Made by a program: the position numbers and the translations under genes. Shown here in pieces: positions 25,883-33,374 of a stretch of DNA of 33,374 nt; position 1 is the first letter of the stretch; every line of letters starts with the position of its first letter. Source of the DNA: a virus (Duplodnaviria; Caudoviricetes); IMG/VR virus record IMGVR_UViG_3300014202_001535, positions 1-33,374 of that record, one strand, 5' to 3'. The notes below the pieces were generated by a model. It did no database searches, had not been told where the DNA came from, and was given only the letters and a program-made list of their open reading frames with translations.

Positions 25883-26379
25883 GCAAACTACCCGTACCCA
25901 AATCGCGCGAGGAAATGGAAGACCTCGTGCGCGACATCTGCGTTCAGCAGGTTAGATGCGACGGAATTAAAAACGAAATGAAGTCCGCATTATTGTATAT
26001 CGGCGAACAATACGAGGACCAGATTACCGCAAACGAATTACGGCTGAAAGCCATGATGAAGTGTGCAAAAAAATGGGCGGATAAAAACATCGGGGTGAAC
26101 GCCTCGTCTCGCTCAATCATCATGGTGGCCGGAACCGTTGGCTATCGCAAGGGCAACCCGTTCCTCAAACCGGCCAAGGGCTATACCTGGGACCGCATTC
26201 TCGGCGTTCTCGAAGCCGCGTTTAAAAAATATGTCCGCGTCAAAAAAGAGCCGAACAAAGAACTGCTGCTGGAAGACTGGAAGAAAATTTCCGACTCGGA
26301 CAAAAAGCAGATGGGCATCGAGCAGGATCAGAAGGATTCGTTTTTTGTAGATGGCAACACCAAAGAGGTGGCCTCATGA
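25879..26379 (+). CDS. gam: Mu Gam-like host-nuclease inhibitor (166 aa)
   Basis: Helical N-terminal half; GTVGYRKGNP and YVRVKKEPNKELL motifs; strong SD. Confidence 0.88.
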   Translation: MSKLPVPKSREEMEDLVRDICVQQVRCDGIKNEMKSALLYIGEQYEDQITANELRLKAMMKCAKKWADKNIGVNASSRSIIMVAGTVGYRKGNPFLKPAKGYTWDRILGVLEAAFKKYVRVKKEPNKELLLEDWKKISDSDKKQMGIEQDQKDSFFVDGNTKEVAS

Positions 26380-26684
26380 TCTCCCTCGCCTTCATCACCG
26401 GCGCCCTCATCGGCGCCCTGCTCGTCAGCGCCTGGAAGATCGACGCAGCCAACGGCAACACCAAGTGGGTGGGGCGCTTTCTCCGAAAGCGCACAGTGCA
26501 TCTCTTCAACCGCGACGGAACCATGAACAAGGCCGGCTTTCGCGCGCTCTCCAGGGTAACCATGTTCGACGAGGAAACTCCAGCGGGAGGGCGAGGCTCC
26601 CGCCGAGCCGCTGGGACAACCGTAGCCGCGCCACGCCCGCTGGATCACCAGCACTACTCCCTAATCGGAGGCATCCTTCAATGA
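26376..26684 (+). CDS. Hypothetical protein with N-terminal TM (102 aa)
   Basis: GAGG SD; ATGA overlaps on both sides. Confidence 0.6.
   Translation: MISLAFITGALIGALLVSAWKIDAANGNTKWVGRFLRKRTVHLFNRDGTMNKAGFRALSRVTMFDEETPAGGRGSRRAAGTTVAAPRPLDHQHYSLIGGILQ
26585..26611 (+). repeat. REP-like element, copy 1
   Basis: gggagggcgaggctcccgccgagccgc; related copies at 30041 and 31500. Confidence 0.8.
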
Positions 26685-26890
26685 TCACCGCCAAAGACTC
26701 CGTCATCGCGATCTCCGAGCGCGAACTGGATGATTCCGCGGGCATGGTCGAGATTCAAGCGGTCATCATCTGCGACAAACAAACAGCAGATAAAATCAAG
26801 CTGGCCCTGACCCTTGATCTTCACAAGCTGGGCATCAGCTATGTGCCACAGTCGGTCTATAAAATGATAATTGATAGGGCCGCGTCGTGA
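26681..26890 (+). CDS. Hypothetical protein (69 aa)
   Basis: GGAGG SD; ATGA/GTGA coupling. Confidence 0.6.
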   Translation: MITAKDSVIAISERELDDSAGMVEIQAVIICDKQTADKIKLALTLDLHKLGISYVPQSVYKMIIDRAAS

Positions 26891-27150
26891 TCGCCAAGCG
26901 CCCGCGGCACGGATTCGGAGCCACCCGAACGCGCTGCTATGTCCGCTTACGCGGCAGAATTATCCGTCTCATCATCGTGACAGATTACAGCGTCTGTGAT
27001 GCGGACGGGACGCCTCCACGATCCTTCATCAAGCGACTTGATCATCGCCGCTGGCCGCGCGGGCACCACTTGTATCGCGGAAACTATACACAAAAATTTA
27101 TTGCGTGGGTGGATTTGCTAAGTCCGGGCCAATGGTACGAACAGGCATAA
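26887..27150 (+). CDS. Hypothetical basic protein (87 aa)
   Basis: GTG start overlapping the upstream TGA. Confidence 0.5.
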   Translation: MIAKRPRHGFGATRTRCYVRLRGRIIRLIIVTDYSVCDADGTPPRSFIKRLDHRRWPRGHHLYRGNYTQKFIAWVDLLSPGQWYEQA

Positions 27151-27167
27151 CCGTTAAAAATACCCTT

Positions 27168-28022
27168 ATGAAAATCCAAAATCCAAAATCTAAAATCCAA
27201 AATCCTCCTGACCCCGTCACCGCCCCGACCGACAGCGACAAGATCATGTCCACCGCCATCACCGTCCGCCCCGGCGTCCAGGTAGAAGCCAAAATCATCG
27301 CCGGCCAGCTCACCGACCAGTACGAAAAGGCCGTGGGAGGACTGATCGAGCAGGTTAAGTTCGGCGCAATGCTCCTCCAAATAGAGCCTGGAATGAATCT
27401 ATCGCGAAAGATTCACTCTGGTCCGGGTAGTTATGACGGTTCGCTCAAACAGTGGATGCACCAAAACTGCCCGCGCGTACACTACGGGACCGCCATGAGC
27501 TTTAAAACCTGTGCGGAGAAGGTAAGGTCGGAGCTGCAAATAGGCAAGAGCACCGATATGGCTATGCTGCTCGGCGCTGCAGCGGACGCACTAAACCCAA
27601 AGCAAAAACGGGTCCGCGCCAGCATCGAAAAATTTATTGCCGGAAAATCCAAGCGCCAGTTACTGCTTGGGTTTGATGTTGGTGTCCACGAGCGCAAATT
27701 CCCCGGCGGCTACCCGGCGCTTAACACCTGGCTGAAAAAGAACTACCCGGACTTGTGCGGGCAAAATCTTTCCGTGGACGAGCTCCCGGAAAATGTGCGC
27801 GATGAATTTCTCGCCTGGAACAAGGAGCACGGCCCCAAGCCGCCGAGCGGCCACGCCCACCAAAAACGCCTCGCGGAGGAAAAGTGGTTCAACCACATGG
27901 CCAACCTCCAAAAGTTCATGGACAAAAAGATCTTAGTTTTTCTCGACCGGATCGACCTCGAAAATTACGCGGACGCGCTGACGGAAGCCGGCAAAACGCT
28001 GAAGGAGATTCTTAAGAAATGA
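27168..28022 (+). CDS. Conserved pre-transposase protein, possibly DUF3102-like (284 aa; start may be 27246)
   Basis: FGAMLLQI...SLKQWM pattern; coupled directly to the transposase gene. Confidence 0.55.
   Translation: MKIQNPKSKIQNPPDPVTAPTDSDKIMSTAITVRPGVQVEAKIIAGQLTDQYEKAVGGLIEQVKFGAMLLQIEPGMNLSRKIHSGPGSYDGSLKQWMHQNCPRVHYGTAMSFKTCAEKVRSELQIGKSTDMAMLLGAAADALNPKQKRVRASIEKFIAGKSKRQLLLGFDVGVHERKFPGGYPALNTWLKKNYPDLCGQNLSVDELPENVRDEFLAWNKEHGPKPPSGHAHQKRLAEEKWFNHMANLQKFMDKKILVFLDRIDLENYADALTEAGKTLKEILKK
27171..27205 (+). repeat. 7-bp tandem repeat (AAAATCY)x5
   Basis: aaaatcc aaaatcc aaaatct aaaatcc aaaatcc. Confidence 0.9.
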
Positions 28023-30031
28023 GCGCCATCATCGATTATACGACTGAGGACCTCGAACTGATTGCCGGCCTCCCCGACGCAGAGAAGGAGCGCATCGGCA
28101 TTTTGAAGGACCTGCTGCAGCGCGTAATCGATGCGCCGAGCCGCCGCACGGAGATACGTATGATCGAGCGGGAACTCGACACCCGCGGGTTTGACGAGAA
28201 GTCGATCTATCGCGCCCTCGATGTTTGGGAAACCACCGGCAGCCTGTTCGAGCTGGCCCGCAAAAAGTACAAGGACATTGTTCGCGAAATAAAAGAACTC
28301 ACCCCCGAGGAGCGTGACCTCTTCCGCACGTACATCATGGCGAACCAGCGCGGCAAGCTGCGCCCGGCCCACAAGGTGCTCATGCGCGACCTGCGCAACG
28401 GAAAGGTATTCCCAGGCATCGGCTCATGGAAGGATTTATATCGTCGTGACTTTTGCCGCCGCCCGCCCGATCAATTCCCCAAGCAGTACATCCCGAAGGG
28501 CTGGAGCTATTCGACGTTTCTGACCTGCAAGCTGACGCCCTTCCAGGTGAAGGCCATCACCATCGGGCTGCAGTCCGCCAAACAACATGCGCCGATGGTT
28601 TTTCCCACGCGCGTCGGGCTTGAAGTCGGCCAGTTTCAAACCGCCGACGATTTGTGGCACGACTGTGATATCAACCTTCTCGGCATCAATGACCGTTCCA
28701 TGCGGCCGCTCGAGTATAACTTCATGGATATTTTCAGCGCGAAGAAATTCGCCTACGGTCTCAAGCCGATGGAGTGGGACCAGGAAGCCGGCAAGCGCCG
28801 CACCCTGAACCGCCGCGACTTTCTTTTTCTGTTTTGCCACGTGCTGACGGAATACGGGTACCGGCCGGCCGGGACAACGTTTTCGTTCGAGCTCGGCGCG
28901 GCCAATCTGACGAACAATAAAATTTTAGATATTATCGGCCGTGCGACAAACCACGCCATCACCTTTCACCACGGCGGAATCGATCGCAAGGCATCGGTTC
29001 CCGGACTATTCGACGCGCCGGCAAAAGGCAACCCGCGCGTGAAGGCGCTTCTGGAGTCGCACCACAACATGATGCATAACGCGACGGCCCACCTTCCCGC
29101 GCGCATCGGCAAGGACCGCGATCACCGCCCGGAAGAGTATTCCGGCCGCAGCGCCTACAACCGCGCCATGATTAAAGCCATCCAGGCCCTGCCGGCCGAT
29201 CTCGTGGAGCAACTACGCTGGCCCGTTCCGCTCTTCAACACCTACTCGCTCGCCATCGATCAAATCTATCGCGAGATCGAGGACCGCATTGACCACGACA
29301 TTGAAGGGTTCGAGGCCGCGCGCCTGGTCACGTGGGAGTATCGGCTGTCCGATGGTCCGGAGTGGACGCCCTGCGAATTTTATTACGCGGCCACGCCGGA
29401 AGAGCGCGCGGCGATCGACATGGTCATCCGCAACAATCCGGCACGCATGAATCCCCGTAAAATGTCGCCGGCGGAAGTGTACGACCAGGGCCGCGCCAAG
29501 CTCAAAAGAATTCCTCACTACGTCGTGCCTATGCTGCTCGCCGCAGCGGACGAAGATTATGCACGCCCGGTCAAGGTGGACAAATCCGGGTACATCATGT
29601 TCGACGATCGGGAGCTTCACACCGACCAGGTCATATTCAAGGCCGACCTGATCAAGAACAACGGCGTCATCGCACCGCTCACGCCTGGCATGGAGTTTCT
29701 GTCTTACATTAACCCGTTCGACACCCGCTATCTCTACCTATCACTTCCCGGCAAAGACAAGGGCGCATTCGTCGGACTCTGCCGGCGGCAGGAAGTTGTC
29801 AGCCCCGCGAACCGTGAGGCAGTTAAGCACGCCCAGGCCGAGCAGCGGAAAGAAACCCTGCGCCTGCTCAAACCGCTGGAAAAACTCGGCGCACAAATAG
29901 GCCGCGACGCATACGCCGACGACAAGCACAACGCCGAAATTTACAAACTCGCACACGCCGCCGTCGACTTCACCAAGCGCCCGGTCGACGAGTATGCCGG
30001 CATCAGCGTGGTCGATGAATTGAATAGTTGA
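28019..30031 (+). CDS. MuA-like transposase (670 aa)
   Basis: Catalytic-core motifs QTADDLWHD, FSFELGAA and GNPRVKALLES; MSPAE motif; followed by the ATPase. Confidence 0.85.
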   Translation: MSAIIDYTTEDLELIAGLPDAEKERIGILKDLLQRVIDAPSRRTEIRMIERELDTRGFDEKSIYRALDVWETTGSLFELARKKYKDIVREIKELTPEERDLFRTYIMANQRGKLRPAHKVLMRDLRNGKVFPGIGSWKDLYRRDFCRRPPDQFPKQYIPKGWSYSTFLTCKLTPFQVKAITIGLQSAKQHAPMVFPTRVGLEVGQFQTADDLWHDCDINLLGINDRSMRPLEYNFMDIFSAKKFAYGLKPMEWDQEAGKRRTLNRRDFLFLFCHVLTEYGYRPAGTTFSFELGAANLTNNKILDIIGRATNHAITFHHGGIDRKASVPGLFDAPAKGNPRVKALLESHHNMMHNATAHLPARIGKDRDHRPEEYSGRSAYNRAMIKAIQALPADLVEQLRWPVPLFNTYSLAIDQIYREIEDRIDHDIEGFEAARLVTWEYRLSDGPEWTPCEFYYAATPEERAAIDMVIRNNPARMNPRKMSPAEVYDQGRAKLKRIPHYVVPMLLAAADEDYARPVKVDKSGYIMFDDRELHTDQVIFKADLIKNNGVIAPLTPGMEFLSYINPFDTRYLYLSLPGKDKGAFVGLCRRQEVVSPANREAVKHAQAEQRKETLRLLKPLEKLGAQIGRDAYADDKHNAEIYKLAHAAVDFTKRPVDEYAGISVVDELNS

Positions 30032-30040
30032 TTTTTCACC

Positions 30041-30067
30041 GGGAGGGCGAGCCTCCCGGCGAGCCGC
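30041..30067 (+). repeat. REP-like element, copy 2 (intergenic between A and B)
   Basis: gggagggcgagcctcccggcgagccgc; 25/27 identical to copy 1. Confidence 0.8.
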
Positions 30068-30086
30068 AACAAACGAAAGGAAAAAC

Positions 30087-31130
30087 ATGAGCGACAAGTT
30101 GGTAAAAACAAAAAGGGCCATTCTGCCCAGGCCGGTACCGGCGGAGCGCCGCTGGATCATTACGCGCCTAGAGGAAATCCGTGGGCTGCTGGGATTGCCC
30201 GATGAGCAATTCGCACGGCAGCATCTGGACCGATCCTACACGGTCTGGTTCCGGGTCAAGCAGAACAACTACACCGGGAACGTCGCCAGCGTCCTGGACG
30301 CCTACGAGCGGAACATCCGCATTCTGGAAGACATGCTCGCCGTCCGCGCCCTGGCCGCGCCGAAAGTAACGCTGGATGATATTTTCACCACGCGAACGGT
30401 GCAGGCCGTATTCAACGCCGTCACCGCCGCGATGGAACGCACCGACAACAAAAAGCTGGTGTTCGTTCTGGCCCACCACGGCCAGGGGAAAAGCACGATC
30501 TGCGAACTGGTCAGGAATAAGTTCGGCGCCCACGTCGCGTTTGCTACCCAGTCATGGAGCCAGAGCTATTTCGCCGGCTGCGCCGCCGTGAATAACATCC
30601 TCGGCGATTCCGGCCCCTGGCGTGGAACCTACGAAGTGGAAAACGCACTGTGGAAAAACCTGAGCGAGCGCTGCAAGGTTCTTTGCATCGATAACGCGAA
30701 TACGTTCGGCCCGCACACCTGCAACATGGTGCGCGACGCGCTCGACATCACCGGACGGCCGATCGTGATCTTTTCCCTCCCGCACTTTTTTGACAAGCTG
30801 CGGAACGATGCCCACTGGCAATCGGCACAGATGATTCGCCGCGCCGTCGTGATTGAGGCCAAGGACATTATTCCGGAAGAGGCCGCGCACATTCTACGTA
30901 ACTGCGGGCTCAACGGCTCCGGAATGGACGCCGCCCAACGCGTCACCGTCGCTGCTAACAAATTCGCGCACTACGGCTTCGTCCACGCCGTCCGCGAATA
31001 CCTGCAGGAGAAATATCCGAGCGGCGCCACTATTGACCAGGTCAACAAAGCAATCAGCTACGTCACCGTCTCATTCCGCCAGCACAAACAATACGAAGGC
31101 CGCGGCGGAAACAAGGAGGCCCGCAAGTGA
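30087..31130 (+). CDS. MuB-like AAA+ transposition ATPase (347 aa)
   Basis: N-terminal HTH-like region; Walker A AHHGQGKS; Walker B VLCIDN; QMIRR Arg-finger region; directly after the transposase. Confidence 0.85.
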   Translation: MSDKLVKTKRAILPRPVPAERRWIITRLEEIRGLLGLPDEQFARQHLDRSYTVWFRVKQNNYTGNVASVLDAYERNIRILEDMLAVRALAAPKVTLDDIFTTRTVQAVFNAVTAAMERTDNKKLVFVLAHHGQGKSTICELVRNKFGAHVAFATQSWSQSYFAGCAAVNNILGDSGPWRGTYEVENALWKNLSERCKVLCIDNANTFGPHTCNMVRDALDITGRPIVIFSLPHFFDKLRNDAHWQSAQMIRRAVVIEAKDIIPEEAAHILRNCGLNGSGMDAAQRVTVAANKFAHYGFVHAVREYLQEKYPSGATIDQVNKAISYVTVSFRQHKQYEGRGGNKEARK

Positions 31131-31744
31131 AAGTCATAAAACCCGGCCACGCCTACCAGCTCGAAGACGGCAACATGACCAAGCTCGTGTTCCGTCATCA
31201 TGACCCACGCCTGGATATCACGATCAACGGCTGCAGAAGCTGCGACATCCTCGAAGCCATGATCCACCGACACGCCCACCTCAACCAGGGCGATGGATAC
31301 TGCATGGAGAACATAGATATCCTCCACGGCCTCTACCAGGCGCTAAACGCCGCCAAAGCCCGCCATACCCGTGTAACACGGGAGCGGGAAAAGAAGAACG
31401 CGCCCGAGCCCGACGATATAACACTCATCGTTCATATTCATGGGCGCACCCTCGTCGCCGCCAGCGCCTATGCTGAAAACCGTAAAGACCTGTGGGAGAA
31501 GGGCGAGGCTCCCGCCGAGCCGCGCGCGGCGCCCGCCAAACCGTGGCCTCTCGGAATAAATCCAATAATGGACCGGCACATAGCAACGTTCGGTCTTGAT
31601 CACTGGTCGTGTACCTCCCCAATGGGTAACGACAAATGGATGCGCCGGGACGGAATGGGTGCACTGATTCCTGGCTTCGCTATTTACACCGATGTCCTGA
31701 GACAGTTGGACAAGTCTATCCCTATGACAGGAGGCGCCAAATGA
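31127..31744 (+). CDS. Hypothetical protein (205 aa)
   Basis: AAGGAGG SD; GTGA overlap; N-terminus MKVIKPGHAYQL. Confidence 0.65.
   Translation: MKVIKPGHAYQLEDGNMTKLVFRHHDPRLDITINGCRSCDILEAMIHRHAHLNQGDGYCMENIDILHGLYQALNAAKARHTRVTREREKKNAPEPDDITLIVHIHGRTLVAASAYAENRKDLWEKGEAPAEPRAAPAKPWPLGINPIMDRHIATFGLDHWSCTSPMGNDKWMRRDGMGALIPGFAIYTDVLRQLDKSIPMTGGAK
31500..31523 (+). repeat. REP-like element, copy 3 (inside a CDS, read as GEAPAEP)
   Basis: 24 nt identical to 26588-26611. Confidence 0.8.
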
Positions 31745-32070
31745 CTAAACAGGATCGAGTATACAAGCGTAAAGAAATGTTGATATCGCTGTCGTGTCGC
31801 GCTCATAGCGTGACCTCCAAGTCCTTACTTTGGCTAGAGCCGCGAACACCTCAGTTCCTTCATAATGTAATCTATCGCATATATTGGCGCATCGACGACT
31901 GGGCATCCTGTCTTTTTTTATATGCATACGAGGGAAGTCTTACGGAAATTGATCATGCTTGGAACCATAGTGGTGAGCACTGGTTAAATAATTTTCAACG
32001 TCTCGTTGCCAATGAACGAATTTTACCACCATGGAAATCTTCGCTTCCTTCGTTTCCTTCTGTTCAATAA
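31741..32070 (+). CDS. Hypothetical protein, AT-rich (109 aa)
   Basis: AGGAGG SD; ATGA overlap. Confidence 0.6.
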   Translation: MTKQDRVYKRKEMLISLSCRAHSVTSKSLLWLEPRTPQFLHNVIYRIYWRIDDWASCLFLYAYEGSLTEIDHAWNHSGEHWLNNFQRLVANERILPPWKSSLPSFPSVQ

Positions 32071-32075
32071 AAATC

Positions 32076-32498
32076 ATGACCACCGCCACCACAACCCGCC
32101 TTCCCGACTGCGGCACGCTCGTCAACGAGTGGACATGGAAAACACCCGCCATGCGCCGCATGACGCTTGCCGTCTGCCGTCTCGCACTGGACCGCGGAAC
32201 TGGCGGCGAATTTTCCGCGCTCGACTTATCCGCGCACGGCGCCGACGAGCACGGCGGTACCGGGATCGCCGGCTCGGTGTTCCGTCAGCTCGCCGACGCC
32301 GGCATTCTCGCGCCAGTCGGCACGTTTGCCGGCGGAGAGTTTTTTCAGAAGCGCGTCAGGAACGCCGGCGGAAACCCCATAGGCGTATGGTGCCTCAAAC
32401 ATCCTGGCCTCGCCCGCGCCCTCATCGGCCGCCACGACAAGCCATTGCCCAAGCCCGAGCAGATCGAATTATTCAGGATGCCAAGGGAGTACCCATGA
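32076..32498 (+). CDS. Hypothetical protein, possibly winged helix (140 aa)
   Basis: Coupled ORF; AGSVFRQLADAGIL wHTH-like segment; C-terminal QIELF. Confidence 0.6.
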   Translation: MTTATTTRLPDCGTLVNEWTWKTPAMRRMTLAVCRLALDRGTGGEFSALDLSAHGADEHGGTGIAGSVFRQLADAGILAPVGTFAGGEFFQKRVRNAGGNPIGVWCLKHPGLARALIGRHDKPLPKPEQIELFRMPREYP

Positions 32499-32731
32499 AC
32501 GCCCCCCGCACCAACCCTCACATTATCGCCTGCCGGCGCAAGCTCCGCTACTCCGACGAAGTCAGCGCCCGCGCCGCCGCCTCCGTGATCTGCGAGCGGC
32601 ATGAGCTGGTATCCGTAGGCATCTACCGTTGCAAAGTCTGCAGCGGCTGGCACGTCTCCACAAACCGCCGCTCACGCCGCTGGAGCGTCACCGCCGGTCA
32701 GACCGTTATTCCGCTTGGAGGTAAACAATGA
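32495..32731 (+). CDS. Small Zn-binding phage protein (78 aa)
   Basis: C..K.RY...A.A...YRCKVCSGWHVS pattern. Confidence 0.65.
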   Translation: MNAPRTNPHIIACRRKLRYSDEVSARAAASVICERHELVSVGIYRCKVCSGWHVSTNRRSRRWSVTAGQTVIPLGGKQ

Positions 32732-32952
32732 GCACCTGCAAAATTCACAACGAACGCCACGTCGAGTTCTGCGACACCATGTGCGACCTCGTCGCCCGCC
32801 GCGTCATCATCCGGAACCCCGAATCAAAATTCTACAACAGCCACGAGCACTTCTTCTCCCTCGTAACCTGGGACCGCCCACCATCAAAAACAATTCCAAT
32901 AAATTTCTGCCCATTCTGCGGCGGAAGCCTGCGGGAGGATGGTTCGCCATGA
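32728..32952 (+). CDS. Small Cys-rich protein (74 aa)
   Basis: GGAGG SD; INFCPFCGGSL motif. Confidence 0.65.
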   Translation: MSTCKIHNERHVEFCDTMCDLVARRVIIRNPESKFYNSHEHFFSLVTWDRPPSKTIPINFCPFCGGSLREDGSP

Positions 32953-33374
32953 TTAAGCGACCATTAAACCCGATGTTTTCTGCTGCCGTCCTCGAAGGCA
33001 TTAAGACAACCACGATACGCGACAAGGCATGGCCAATAGGAAAAACGATCATGCTCTACAACTGGTCTGATGAAGCCTACCGATCAAGGCAGGTTGATGT
33101 TGCGGTGGTGATTGTGACAAAGGTTTTGCCTATTGAAATCCACCATCGAAGCGACGGCGGAATGTTTTACGCCTGCGATTTTAGCGGGGCTCGATTGCTG
33201 CACGAGACAGAAGGGTTTGGTTCTCGCGCCGAAATGGATGTGTGGTTCAGGCAGGCGATCAAGCCGGGACGCACGGTAACAAAAAAGCTGATGCGATTCC
33301 GTTTGGCGAACACCAATTTGAATTGCGACGCTTCGGCGTCAATTCCAAAGACTGGTTCGGGAAATGGAGAATAA
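32949..33374 (+). CDS. ASCH domain protein (141 aa)
   Basis: F..AVLEGIKTTTIR (GxKxxTxR) and C-terminal EGF....EM..WF motifs. Confidence 0.75.
   Translation: MIKRPLNPMFSAAVLEGIKTTTIRDKAWPIGKTIMLYNWSDEAYRSRQVDVAVVIVTKVLPIEIHHRSDGGMFYACDFSGARLLHETEGFGSRAEMDVWFRQAIKPGRTVTKKLMRFRLANTNLNCDASASIPKTGSGNGE

Larger units (their letters stand above)
1..33374. mobile_element. Mu-like transposable prophage/phage, siphovirus-type tail; both ends lie outside the window
   Basis: MuA-like transposase, MuB-like ATPase and Gam in the early arm; Mu gp26/gp27/gp29/I-Z/gp36/F/G-like late genes in Mu-like order; no integrase; tightly coupled operons with ATGA/GTGA/TTGA overlaps. Confidence 0.93.

Noticed and set aside
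1-33374. Mu ends (TG...CA), att sites, integrase, tRNA or rRNA genes, mom
   Set aside because: The window starts and ends at stop codons of phage genes; none of these features was recognisable
1-33374. Stop-codon reassignment
   Set aside because: Core genes are intact in the standard code and TGA, TAA and TAG all serve as stops

Overview
The window is almost entirely one Mu-like (transposable) temperate phage or prophage. It is trimmed at gene boundaries on both sides, so neither Mu end is visible. The + strand early arm (25384-33374) encodes an RHH regulator, an excisionase-like HTH protein, Gam, a MuA-like transposase, a MuB-like ATPase, small accessory genes and an ASCH protein. A short leftward immunity operon (25295-24309) ends at an intrinsic terminator. 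The long - strand late operon (23785-1) encodes gp25/gp26/gp27-like proteins, a GpA-type terminase, a DUF935 portal, protease/scaffold, DUF2190 decoration, capsid, gp36, a lipoprotein/DUF1353 cluster, gpF, gpG and a non-contractile tail module. Short repeat families and one exported-protein domain suggest a PVC host (Verrucomicrobiota/Kiritimatiellia); this is inference. The most unusual observations are: (1) four genes inside the head/tail modules encode Sec signal-peptide proteins strongly enriched in Thr-Asn dipeptides, and no canonical endolysin is recognisable; (2) a recurring LANE motif is confined to head proteins and looks like a prohead-protease cleavage code; (3) the divergent switch uses two ribbon-helix-helix proteins with TGTAGCGC operators; (4) a late-leader hairpin has a loop complementary to the gam and MuB ribosome-binding sites. 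All family assignments come from motif recognition and gene order; no searches were run.
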